Of a stretch of DNA of 64,000 nt, positions 46,402 to 55,459 are shown piece by piece. The stretch is taken from positions 3,104,001-3,168,000 of the forward strand of contig OZ243913.1 in NCBI GenBank assembly GCA_965213705.1, read 5' to 3'. The position numbers and the translations under genes are program-made. Under the pieces are notes generated by a model. It was not told the origin of the DNA, searched no databases, and saw only the letters and a list, made by a program, of their open reading frames with translations. The first letter of the stretch is position 1; each line of letters starts with the position of its first letter. Source of the DNA: Trueperaceae bacterium. GTDB lineage: Bacteria; Deinococcota; Deinococci; Deinococcales; Trueperaceae.

Positions 46402-46572
46402 GTGCGACTCCTTGAAGCGACGAAGACTTGAGACGAAATTTTGTACCGAGTACAAGTTTAGCACGAGTCCCACCGGCTCGCTAGGACAAAGATACAAAAA
46501 GGCCCGGCAAAAACAGCTCGAGGTTGGAACGCGGTGCTGAAACCGAGGCACCGGCTGAAAAGTGCGACCCGG

Positions 46573-47841
46573 TTACCGGCTCCAGAAAGCCATGTCCCCT
46601 TCCGCAACCGGCGTGACGGTGCCGTCCAACCCGACAACCACCACGCGCAAGGTCGGAATTTCTAAGTCGATGGCGGGCAGCACGAGGGCGTCGCTCTCGG
46701 GCGACCACAAACTGTGGCTGAGGGCGTACTGGTCGAAAAACGGCAAAAACTGCGCCACGAACTGCGGGCTCGGCGCAAAGCTCGTCAGCAGGCGTTCACT
46801 CTTCGTCACAACGTCGACGACGTAGACGTCCAGCAAGAGGGGACGGCCCTGCGCGCGTTGCGCGACCATTTCCGCGCTCGGCGCAGGTTCGGCGAGGTCG
46901 CCGCCCGTGGTGCGGCGGGGCGTGAAATAAGCGATACGGGCGCCGTCCGGCGACCAGAAAAAAGCGACCGCCGGTTTCTCGGTCAACGGCTCGAGCAGGC
47001 CCGACTCGGCACTCAACAGCTTGAGGGGTCCTGCCGAGGTCGGCGCCGCCTCGGTAGGACTTATAAACGCCAACTCGTCCCGAACGGGGCTCCAGGTCAG
47101 CGCGGCGAAGCCCTGGTGGGTGGCCTCCCGCCTGACGTCCAGGCTCGAGCCCGGTTTGCCTTCGACGACGACGTAGGTGTCCCGGTTGGGCTCCGCCGCA
47201 GCGTAGGCCACGTAGCGCCCGCTGGGCGAAAGACCGGGAGCTTGAAAGCGTCCCGGCGTGGCTAGGTTGGTGCCCAACGTGTCGCGCACCCGACTCGTAA
47301 AACCGAGCCGAGCGGTCTCGCCGAAAGCGTTCGCGTGGATGAACAAACCTTGTCCGTCACCTGTCCACTGCCAGTAAAAAGGCGACCCCGTCGCCAAAAG
47401 TCGGCTTTGGACGGTGCCGCTTACCCCCGCGACGTGCATACCGATACCCTCTCCGGGCCTGCTCGCCAGAAAACCGAGGGTCTCGCCGTCCGGAGCCCAG
47501 TAAAGGTAAAAGGGGGGTTCGTCCGAGCTGCGGTAAAGCTCCGCAGCTTCTTCGTTGGCAGCGTCCTCTAAAAGGCTTATAAAACCGCCCCCGGCGTCCG
47601 CGCCGAGCACCGCCAGCCGAGACCCGTCCGGCGACCAGGCCGGAAACTGAAAGCGTTGCGGCCCCGAACTCAGGACGCGGGTATCGGAGCCGTCGGGTGC
47701 GACCGTCGCCACCTGACCCTCCAAGGTGACGTAAGCGATGCGACCCGCCGTTTGCGAAGGCGCTTGCGAGAAAGCGGGCTGCCCGTGCCCGACCAACAGG
47801 AGAACAAGCCCGGTCAACAGGGGTCGTGCAAACATTTTCAT
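46573..47841 (-). CDS. Secreted TolB-like/PD40 beta-propeller protein
   Basis: Signal peptide; repeated WSPDG/WAPDG/WSP motifs. Confidence 0.8.
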   Translation of the reverse strand: MKMFARPLLTGLVLLLVGHGQPAFSQAPSQTAGRIAYVTLEGQVATVAPDGSDTRVLSSGPQRFQFPAWSPDGSRLAVLGADAGGGFISLLEDAANEEAAELYRSSDEPPFYLYWAPDGETLGFLASRPGEGIGMHVAGVSGTVQSRLLATGSPFYWQWTGDGQGLFIHANAFGETARLGFTSRVRDTLGTNLATPGRFQAPGLSPSGRYVAYAAAEPNRDTYVVVEGKPGSSLDVRREATHQGFAALTWSPVRDELAFISPTEAAPTSAGPLKLLSAESGLLEPLTEKPAVAFFWSPDGARIAYFTPRRTTGGDLAEPAPSAEMVAQRAQGRPLLLDVYVVDVVTKSERLLTSFAPSPQFVAQFLPFFDQYALSHSLWSPESDALVLPAIDLEIPTLRVVVVGLDGTVTPVAEGDMAFWSR

Positions 47842-48070
47842 ACGTTCAGTGTAGCAGGGCCGGCCGTACAAAAGAGCGTTGCGTTTCGCGCTGGGGGCCT
47901 GTTTGGTCGGGAATTTGCGTATAACCGGTTTTGAAAGCGTTTGTAACAAATATCAGTGTAACAAACGTCAGCTTCAACGCGCTCGACACGCGTTTCGGCA
48001 CAGTCGTCTTGACAGCGTCTCGACAGACGCTTGGGCCTCGGTACGTTTTTAGACTCGGGTGAGTCCCTGG

Positions 48071-48442
48071 TCAGCCCCGTCCCGCCGGCTTTTGTTGACT
48101 GCCCCGCTCGGTTTTGGCAGCCTTCTCGGCGAACTCTCGGGCAAAAATCTTGATGTCGGCCATGAGCGAGGTGTTGTTCGTCGCCGTTTTGTAGGTGTCG
48201 GCCATCGACAGCAGGGTTTGAAAAAAGAAGTCGTTCATGTCTTCGACGCTCATGTCTTGGGTCCACAAGTCGATGCGAAGGCTGTTCCGAGCCTGGGGGT
48301 CCCAAAGGGCCAGGATCATCGCTTTGGCCGTTTGCACGCCCGGCTCGGGCGCGTCGTCGGCTTCCCACTCAATAGCGGTGACGCCCTCGTCGTTCATGTT
48401 TACAGCCAGACGTATTTCGCTCGTTTTCGTCACGGTTTTCAT
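48071..48442 (-). CDS. gldC: Gliding motility protein GldC homolog
   Basis: SEI..V, W.A.D, KAMILALWD..LRIDLWT.DM.V..M..FF.QTL..MADT...AT matches the GldC family pattern as recalled. Confidence 0.8.
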   Translation of the reverse strand: MKTVTKTSEIRLAVNMNDEGVTAIEWEADDAPEPGVQTAKAMILALWDPQARNSLRIDLWTQDMSVEDMNDFFFQTLLSMADTYKTATNNTSLMADIKIFAREFAEKAAKTERGSQQKPAGRG

Positions 48443-48603
48443 AGACCCCAGTTTACCGCTCGAGGACGAAAAGCGAGTCGTGCCGGTCGCCGCACGAACC
48501 CAAACTCCAACTCACCGTCGGTGTAAAGAACGTGGAAACGAAGTGTCAAAGCTATAGCGAGCTTTGAACACAAACTGTGCTGACGTTTCAACCCAAAATG
48601 GGG

Positions 48604-48681
48604 GCAAAATGATTATCAGTAAATAAATATTTATCGTTTTGCACATTTGTACTTGACAGTTGGCACAGCGCAACATATCCT
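48604..48681 (+). promoter_or_regulatory. Sigma70-type promoter of amtB-glnK with upstream inverted repeat
   Basis: TTGACA (48653) - 17 nt - TATCCT (48676); inverted repeat GCAAAATGAT..ATCGTTTTGC at 48604-48642 in an AT-rich patch. Confidence 0.65.
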
Positions 48682-48729
48682 GTGACTCAGGTCGCTCTTT
48701 TGATTGAGTGGCTTCCCCAGGAGGCAAAA

Positions 48730-50004
48730 ATGAGGAAACGTTTGAGTGCGCTGTTGTTACTTTCGGTTTTGAGTGTCGGCTTGGGTCAGGCGGAAAACAT
48801 TGCCGAGCTCGAGTTCGCCTTCAACACGGTGGCTCTGCTGTTTTTCGCCGTACTCGTCGCACTTATGCAACCGGGTTTCGCCCTTTTAGAGGCGGGCCTA
48901 CACGGCGCTAAAAACGTCGTCAACATCTTTATGAAAAACATCGCCGACTTTGCCGTCGCGGGTCTGGCTTTTTGGGCGGTGGGTTTTACCATCATGTACG
49001 GCGCACCCTTGTTCATCAGCGGCTACACGGCGGAGGCTTTCGCCGGCCAAGCCGACTTTTTCTTTCAGCTCGTTTTTGCCGCCACAGCCGCGACCATCGT
49101 CTCGGGTGCGGTCGGCGGTCGCATGAAGTTTTCGGCCTACCTCGTCTTTTCAATTGTCATGACCGGGCTTATTTATCCGTACCTGGGTTCGTGGAAGTGG
49201 GGCGGCGGCTGGCTCGACGGGTTGGGCTTCGCCGACTTTGCGGGTTCTTCCGTCGTCCACGCGGTCGGGGGTTTTGCCGCGTTGGGTGCGGTTTTGGCGG
49301 TTGGCCCGCGTTTGGGTCGCTACGCGGGCGGCCGGGTCAACGCGATGCCGGGGCACAATATGGCCTTGGCCGGACTGGGCGTGTTTTTGCTGTGGATAGG
49401 CTGGTTCGGCTTCAACCCGGGTTCGCAACTCGCCTTTGGAACCACGGCCGACGCCACTATGGTCGCCAACATTTTTGTCAATACAAACCTCGCCGCCTCC
49501 GCGGGCGGCGTGGCGGCGCTGTTCTTGTCCTGGCTGATGTTCAAAAAGCCCGACTTCTCCATGACCATCAACGGCGTGCTGGCAGGGCTCGTCTCCATCA
49601 CGGCAGGTTGTGACGTCATCGTCGGCGGCAGCGCGGTGTTGGCAGGGCTTATCGGCGGCGTGCTGGTCGTTTTCAGCGTGCTTTTCTTTGACCGCGTCCG
49701 CGTCGACGACCCGGTGGGCGCGATTTCGGTCCACGGGGTTTGCGGCATTTGGGGCACCCTGGCCGTCGGTATCTTTGGCGGGGCCAACCTGGGCACCCAA
49801 CTTATCGGCACCTTGGCGTACAGCGGCGCGGCGTTTGCGGCAGGGTACCTCGTGTTCATGTTGCTCAAGTTCACGGTCGGCTTGCGCGTCACCGCCGAAG
49901 AGGAAATCACCGGCCTCGATTTGGCCGAACACGGCATCGAAGGTTACGCGCCCGACAACGCCCTGCGCAACCCCGTTGTGCTGAGCACCGCGGCGGGCGA
50001 CTGA
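48730..50004 (+). CDS. amtB: Ammonium transporter
   Basis: MQPGFALLEAG, FFFQLVFA, DFAGSSVVH, WFGFNPGS, DDPVGAISVHG. Confidence 0.96.
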   Translation: MRKRLSALLLLSVLSVGLGQAENIAELEFAFNTVALLFFAVLVALMQPGFALLEAGLHGAKNVVNIFMKNIADFAVAGLAFWAVGFTIMYGAPLFISGYTAEAFAGQADFFFQLVFAATAATIVSGAVGGRMKFSAYLVFSIVMTGLIYPYLGSWKWGGGWLDGLGFADFAGSSVVHAVGGFAALGAVLAVGPRLGRYAGGRVNAMPGHNMALAGLGVFLLWIGWFGFNPGSQLAFGTTADATMVANIFVNTNLAASAGGVAALFLSWLMFKKPDFSMTINGVLAGLVSITAGCDVIVGGSAVLAGLIGGVLVVFSVLFFDRVRVDDPVGAISVHGVCGIWGTLAVGIFGGANLGTQLIGTLAYSGAAFAAGYLVFMLLKFTVGLRVTAEEEITGLDLAEHGIEGYAPDNALRNPVVLSTAAGD

Positions 50005-50047
50005 TGACCCTTTACTCGACCCCGTCGACGGGGTTTTCGGAGACTTT

Positions 50048-50401
50048 ATGAAGCTGATTACCGCCCTCATCCGACCCAACCGGTTGCCCCAAGTGAAAGA
50101 GGCGCTTTTCAAAGCTGGCGTCCGCGGTATTACGATTTCGCGTGTGAGCGGTCACGGCGGCCAGGGCGGTATTGTCGAGCAGTACCGCGGCAGTCAGTTC
50201 ATCGTCGAGTTTCACGAGAAAGTGCAACTCACCATCGGGGTGAGCGACGGCTTTGTCGAGACGACCGTCGACGCGATTGTCAAGGCGGCGCGAACCGGCG
50301 AAATCGGCGACGGCAAAATTTTTGTGCAACCCCTGGAAAGCGTCGTCAGGATTCGTACCGGCGAACGTGATACCGAAGCGCTGACGCCGGTCGGCGCCTA
50401 A
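50048..50401 (+). CDS. glnK: P-II nitrogen regulatory protein
   Basis: MKLITALIRP, YRG, TGEIGDGKIFV, RIRTGE; adjacent to amtB. Confidence 0.92.
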   Translation: MKLITALIRPNRLPQVKEALFKAGVRGITISRVSGHGGQGGIVEQYRGSQFIVEFHEKVQLTIGVSDGFVETTVDAIVKAARTGEIGDGKIFVQPLESVVRIRTGERDTEALTPVGA

Positions 50402-50569
50402 CCGGGGCTCGCCGAGACGTCGTCTGGTGGGGGCGGGTTTGGCCGCCCCTACGGCGTGGTGATACGGCATGGTGAAGAAACGATGCCAACGATGCTGTAC
50501 CAGGGATGCCCGTACTACAAGGTTACCCGTATTGAGGGTGCTGTGGTCGAGACGAGTTCGCTTGGGTCT

Positions 50570-51745
50570 TCACCCCAACAGTGCGGCCCGCAACGCCGCC
50601 AGGTCGGCGGCGTCGTTGTAGACGTTCGGCGCGACCCGGACCGCGTCGCCGCGCACGGAGACGTAAACGCGCTCCGCCTCGAGCCGCCGCTTGAGAGTGT
50701 CCAGTGCGACCCCTTCCGGCAAACGCAACCCGAACAGGTGTCGGGCCGAATAAGTTTCCGCCTCGAGCCGGTAGCCGTAAGCCTGCACCTCTTGAAGCGT
50801 GTCCTGTACCAACTCGCGGCAGTAAGCCTGTACCCGCTCGGGCCGCCGCTCTAAAAGCTGCTCCAGGGCCGCGTTCACCATCGGCAACAGGATGGGGTTG
50901 CTGCGCTCGCCCATGTCGAAGCGAACCGCGCCGGGCGCGTAGGCGTCTTGGTAGTCCACCAAACGGCTGAAATCCTCGCTACCGCGCCGCGTCAGCCAGT
51001 TGTCCTCCAACGGCAGGGCGTTGTCAAAACGGGGGCCGTAGTAGGCGAAACCCAGTCCGTAAGGCCCCATCAGCGTTTTGTACCCGGCTACGAGGAGCGC
51101 GTCGGGTTGCCACGCCGCCACGTCGAAAGGCAGCGCGCCGACCGACTGAGTCGCGTCGACGACGAACCATGCCCCGACCTCACGGGCTCGAGCGCCGAGC
51201 GCCGCTAAGTCGAACAGCGTGCCGTCGGTCCAGTGGGCGTGCTCGACGGCGACGAGGGCGGTGCTGGCGTCTATAGCGGCGAGCAAGCGCTCGTTCCAAA
51301 GAGCGCCGCGGTTTGCGCCCGCGGGCGGCGCGACGGTGCGCACCTCCGCACCGTGCTCGGCGAACCTGCGCCAGGCGTAGACGTTGCTGGGAAACTGTTC
51401 AGCCGGCACGACGATGTTTTGCCCGGCCTGTACCGAGACGTTTTTGGCGACGGTGGCGACTCCGTAGGATACCGCCGGAGTGATAGCGACGCGGTCAGCG
51501 TCGGCGTTGACCAGACGCGCAAACAAGCTGCGCGCACGCTCGCTCTCGGGAAAAAAAGTTTCAGGAGGAAGGTTGACGGGGTTACTTTTGCGCGCCACGC
51601 CCTGCAAGCCTGCGGCCTCGACCGCTCTGGACAAGGGCGACATGTAAGCGCAGTTGAGGTAGTGAACGTCCGCAGGCAAAGAAAACTCGGACTTTTGACA
51701 ACTTAAGGGTTCGGCGGTGGGGGCTTGCAAACTATTCACGCTCAT
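50570..51745 (-). CDS. Aminotransferase class V PLP-dependent enzyme
   Basis: YLNCAYMSP, EQFPSN, DATQSVG, GYKTLMGP. Confidence 0.88.
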   Translation of the reverse strand: MSVNSLQAPTAEPLSCQKSEFSLPADVHYLNCAYMSPLSRAVEAAGLQGVARKSNPVNLPPETFFPESERARSLFARLVNADADRVAITPAVSYGVATVAKNVSVQAGQNIVVPAEQFPSNVYAWRRFAEHGAEVRTVAPPAGANRGALWNERLLAAIDASTALVAVEHAHWTDGTLFDLAALGARAREVGAWFVVDATQSVGALPFDVAAWQPDALLVAGYKTLMGPYGLGFAYYGPRFDNALPLEDNWLTRRGSEDFSRLVDYQDAYAPGAVRFDMGERSNPILLPMVNAALEQLLERRPERVQAYCRELVQDTLQEVQAYGYRLEAETYSARHLFGLRLPEGVALDTLKRRLEAERVYVSVRGDAVRVAPNVYNDAADLAALRAALLG

Positions 51746-51820
51746 ATACAGCAAGTTTAAGACATCGGGCTCATCAGGTAAAGTGCAGCCGTGACGCGTT
51801 CAGGGGCAGGTTCGTCCCGG

Positions 51821-53212
51821 TCAACCGCTGTCCTCGCGCCCGTTTTGGGCCGCCCAAGCCGCGTAGCTTCCTTCAAGCTCGACAACGTTGTCAAAACCCG
51901 CCGCGCGCAGGGCGCTGCCTACCACCGTCGCCCGCGCGCCGCTTTGGCAGTGCAGCACGATGGGGATGTTCTCGGGCAGGCGTGTCCGCTCGGCCAGCAC
52001 CCGGCCCGCGTGAAGTTGCGTCGCGCCCGGCAGGTGACCGTCTTGATACTCGGAGGTGGTGCGTACGTCCAAGATAAAGGGACCGTTCAAGCGTTTGAGG
52101 TCGTCGGGGGAAAGGGTGGGAACGGGCTCGAGCCGCAAGCCGTCCAAACTTGTCACAAACCCGGTGACCCCGTCCATCCCAATGCGGCTCAGTTTGGCGC
52201 GCAGCGCCTCGGCCTGCGCACGGTCTTTTGCCAGGACGACCACGGGACGCTCGTCTTCCGGGTCCAAGACGTACGCGGCGTAAGTGGCAAATTTACCGCC
52301 CGCCGGGACGTGGAGCGAGCCCGGCACCGAGGCCGCCAAAAAGGCCTCTCTGGGCCGCGTGTCGACCAAAACGAGGTCGTGGTGGGGCTCGAGGCGGTCG
52401 GGACTTAGCTCCTCGAGCGCCGACCGCTCCCCCAAAAGCGCCGGCCCCGCGCGGTTTTGCCGCTTCATACGGCCGAAGTAACGCGGCGCGTCGGGTTGAC
52501 CGCCCAGCAACTCGCGCACGAAACCGGCTTCGTCATCCGAAGCAAAAAACTTAGCCCACCAAGCAAAACGCCGCTCGTAGCCGACCGTGCTGCTCGCCAC
52601 CGCGCCCAGCGCTTTGCCGCAAGCGCTGCCCGCCCCGTGACCCGGCCACACCTGCACGTAGTCGGGTAGAGTCAGAAACTTGGTTTGCAAGCTTGTAAAA
52701 AGCCCCCTCGCCCCCTCCTGACGTGTGTCAGCGCCGCCCGCCACCTCGTCCAGCAAGTCGGGGCGGCCCACGTCGCCGACGAACACGAAGTCACCGCTGA
52801 ACAAAAAGCCAGGCTTGTCGGTCGTCGCCCCGTCGGTCAAGAGAAAGGACAAATGTTCCGGCGTGTGGCCGGGCGTGTGCAGCGCGGTTACCTTGAGGTT
52901 GCCCAGTTCGAACACATCGCCGTCGCCGAGCTTGACGTCGCCAAAAGCGTAGCGCCAGTCGCTGCCCCCCTCGCCGGAAACGTAAAGCGTCGCGCCGGTC
53001 CTGGCAGCGAGTTCCGCAGAGCCCGACAAGTAGTCGGCGTGAATGTGCGTTTCGGTCACCTTGACGATGCGCAAACCCTGCCGCGCCGCTTCGTCCAGGT
53101 ACACCGCAACGTCGCGACGCGGGTCGACGACTAGGGCTTCGCCACTCGCCTGACAAGCGACGAAGTAACTCGCTTGGGCCAAGTCGTCGTCGTAAATCCG
53201 TTTTAGAAGCAT
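51821..53212 (-). CDS. MBL-fold persulfide dioxygenase-rhodanese fusion (CstB-like)
   Basis: ETHIHADYLSG, TPGHTPEH, GDFVFVGDVGRPDL, PGHGAGSACGK, C-terminal rhodanese HCQSGAR. Confidence 0.9.
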   Translation of the reverse strand: MLLKRIYDDDLAQASYFVACQASGEALVVDPRRDVAVYLDEAARQGLRIVKVTETHIHADYLSGSAELAARTGATLYVSGEGGSDWRYAFGDVKLGDGDVFELGNLKVTALHTPGHTPEHLSFLLTDGATTDKPGFLFSGDFVFVGDVGRPDLLDEVAGGADTRQEGARGLFTSLQTKFLTLPDYVQVWPGHGAGSACGKALGAVASSTVGYERRFAWWAKFFASDDEAGFVRELLGGQPDAPRYFGRMKRQNRAGPALLGERSALEELSPDRLEPHHDLVLVDTRPREAFLAASVPGSLHVPAGGKFATYAAYVLDPEDERPVVVLAKDRAQAEALRAKLSRIGMDGVTGFVTSLDGLRLEPVPTLSPDDLKRLNGPFILDVRTTSEYQDGHLPGATQLHAGRVLAERTRLPENIPIVLHCQSGARATVVGSALRAAGFDNVVELEGSYAAWAAQNGREDSG

Positions 53213-53214
53213 CT

Positions 53215-53390
53215 CTGTCTCCAAGCTGTTGTGTCTCTGAGCTGCTGTGTCTCTGAGCTGCTGTGTCTCTGAGCTGTCGTGTCTCCGGGCTGAGGTGTTT
53301 TCCGGGCCGCGGTGTTTCCGAAATTGCGGCGTTTCCGGAGTGGTGCGTTTCCGGACTGGTGTGTCCACAGACCTGTTGGGTTTCCAGACT
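53215..53390. repeat. 16-bp degenerate tandem repeat, consensus GCTGCTGTGTCTCTGA
   Basis: Near-perfect units at 53225, 53241, 53257 and 53273, decaying to G(T/C)GTTTCCGG units towards 53390. Confidence 0.85.
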
Positions 53391-53433
53391 ACTATCAAAA
53401 GGTTTCTTCAAACAACCGGGGCGGCGGCTGGGG

Positions 53434-54993
53434 TTACTCGAGAAAATCCCTCTGAGTCCTCGCCGGAGCCCCCGCCCGAGCCTCCGGCGTCCACAACCGC
53501 GTCAACCACTTTTCGGCGAAGGGCGGCACGTTCTCCAGGACAACGTGGAGTCCGGCCTCGGCAGCGTCTGAGAGCATCTGCTTGATTGCCAGCGCGCCGC
53601 TCAGGTCGATGCGGCCGAGCCCACCCAAGTCCAACACGACCGTCTCAGCCTGCGGGTGCTCGGCGAGCGCGCCGCTCAAGCTGTCCTCGAGCCGGAACGC
53701 CGAGCCGAACCAGAGCACGCCGAGGGGCAGAATCGTGAGGGTGTCCGCTTCAAAGCGCCACCGCACCACGAGCCGCTGCTCGCGCCACAGGTGAATCGCC
53801 ACCGCCAAGCCGATGCCGGACAGCAGCGCGTAGTCGATGCGCGGCGCGAGGAGCAGCGTCAGGACGAACGTCACCCAGGCGAGCAGCGCTTGTGGCCGGG
53901 ACAAGTTCTTGAAAGCCCACAGTTCGCGCAAACGGACGAGTTTGCTCACCGCCGCGATGACCACCGCGCCCAGCACGGCTTTCGGCAACGGGGCAACCAA
54001 AAAGGTGAACGGCAAAAACATCAGCACCGCCACGCCCGTCACCGCGCCGCTCCAGCGCGTCTTGGCCCCGGCCAGCCGGTTTACCGAACTGCGCGCGAAC
54101 GACCCTCCGACCGGAAAACCGCCGAACAGACCCGCCGCTAAGTTGGCTGCACCTTGGCCAATAAACTCCCGATTGGCCTGCCAGCGGCTGCGCTCTTGGG
54201 TCGCGTAGGTTCTAGCGATGGAGGCGGCCTCAGCGAAACCGACCAGCGCGATAACCACGCCGCCGACCAGGAGTTGCGGCAGCGCGCGCCAGGGCTGCAC
54301 CAGCCGCAACGGCGGCAACCCCGCCGGAACCTGCCCCACCCGCTCACCGCCGTAACCGAAAAAGCTGCTGTACAAAATTCCTAAAACGACCGCGACCAGA
54401 ACACCGGGAAACAGCGGGTGAACGCGCTTGCCCGACCCGACGAGAACCAAGGTGACCAACGACAACAGCAGCGCAGCGGGCCGCCACGCCCCGGGCTGCG
54501 ATACGGCCGAAAGTGCCCGCGGGATGACGCCGTTGCCCGCCGCCGACACGCCCAAGGCCGCCGGCAACTGCGACAGCACGATGAGCAGCGCCGCCGCCGA
54601 CATAAAGCCTGACAACACCGGTTGCGACAGCAAGTAGGCCACGCTGCCCAAACGCAACAGCCCCACCAGCACCCGCGTCACCCCGACGATGAGCGCGAGC
54701 AGCCCCGCGTAAGCCACGTACTGTGCGCCGCCCGGCGTGGCGAGCTGGCTCAGCACCCCGAAGGTCAGCAGGGACGTAGTCGCGACCGGCCCGGTTTGCA
54801 AGTACGGGCTCGAGGCGAAAAACGCCGCCGCCAACGCCGCCGTTCCCACCGCGTACAAACCTGTATAGGCAGGCATTCCGGCGAGTTCCGCGTAGGCTAG
54901 CGACTGCGGGATAGCGATGAGCGCTACGCTCAAACCTGCGACCAAGTCGGTCAACGCAGGTTTGCCGGGAACCGCCGAGACTGTGCGCACCAC
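53434..54993 (-). CDS. SulP family inorganic anion transporter with STAS domain
   Basis: DLVAGLSVALIAIPQSLAYAELAG, GGSFARS, C-terminal LWFGSA..IDLSGA. Confidence 0.93.
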   Translation of the reverse strand: MVRTVSAVPGKPALTDLVAGLSVALIAIPQSLAYAELAGMPAYTGLYAVGTAALAAAFFASSPYLQTGPVATTSLLTFGVLSQLATPGGAQYVAYAGLLALIVGVTRVLVGLLRLGSVAYLLSQPVLSGFMSAAALLIVLSQLPAALGVSAAGNGVIPRALSAVSQPGAWRPAALLLSLVTLVLVGSGKRVHPLFPGVLVAVVLGILYSSFFGYGGERVGQVPAGLPPLRLVQPWRALPQLLVGGVVIALVGFAEAASIARTYATQERSRWQANREFIGQGAANLAAGLFGGFPVGGSFARSSVNRLAGAKTRWSGAVTGVAVLMFLPFTFLVAPLPKAVLGAVVIAAVSKLVRLRELWAFKNLSRPQALLAWVTFVLTLLLAPRIDYALLSGIGLAVAIHLWREQRLVVRWRFEADTLTILPLGVLWFGSAFRLEDSLSGALAEHPQAETVVLDLGGLGRIDLSGALAIKQMLSDAAEAGLHVVLENVPPFAEKWLTRLWTPEARAGAPARTQRDFLE

Positions 54994-55067
54994 TCCAGCC
55001 TAGCACTTCCGAAGTCGAACACCGTCCCGAAACCAATACCCCCCAGCCGTATGCTAAGCTCGTATCC

Positions 55068-55376
55068 ATGACGCTAGAGACGGGTGCGACGCCAGCCACC
55101 GACCCGACCCGGTCCGAGACCGAGTCGGCGGCCAAGCTCGAGACCAAAGGCAAACTCATCAACCGCCTGAAGCGCTTGGAAGGCCAGGTGCGCGGTTTGC
55201 AAAAGATGGTCGACGAAGAACGCGACTGCAGCGAAATCCTCACGCTGCTCTCAGGCATTCGCAGCGCCCTGAACGCGACCGGCGACCTCATTTTGGAAAC
55301 CTACGTCGAGGAGTGTTACGGCTCTCAAACCGACCCCGACGCCCTCGTGCGGGCGGTCAAACTCGCTCGAGGCTGA
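55068..55376 (+). CDS. CsoR/RcnR-family repressor (CstR-like)
   Basis: LINRLKRLEGQVRGLQKMV..RDC..ETYVEEC; divergent from SulP/MBL genes. Confidence 0.88.
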   Translation: MTLETGATPATDPTRSETESAAKLETKGKLINRLKRLEGQVRGLQKMVDEERDCSEILTLLSGIRSALNATGDLILETYVEECYGSQTDPDALVRAVKLARG

Positions 55377-55459
55377 GACGCGGTTTTCTCGAGCCTCTTT
55401 TTCAGCTCAAACTTGCCACCGGACAACACCAAACCGGGCGACTCGAGGGGTAACCGAGC

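Noticed and set aside
48661..48676. Sigma54 promoter (TGGCAC) upstream of amtB
   Set aside because: No TTGC at the -12 position; a sigma70-type -35/-10 pair explains the region better.
53215..53398. Possible CRISPR array or N-terminal extension of the MBL protein
   Set aside because: Contiguous degenerate 16-mers; the extended ORF is only a translation of the repeat, and the recognisable protein starts at 53212.
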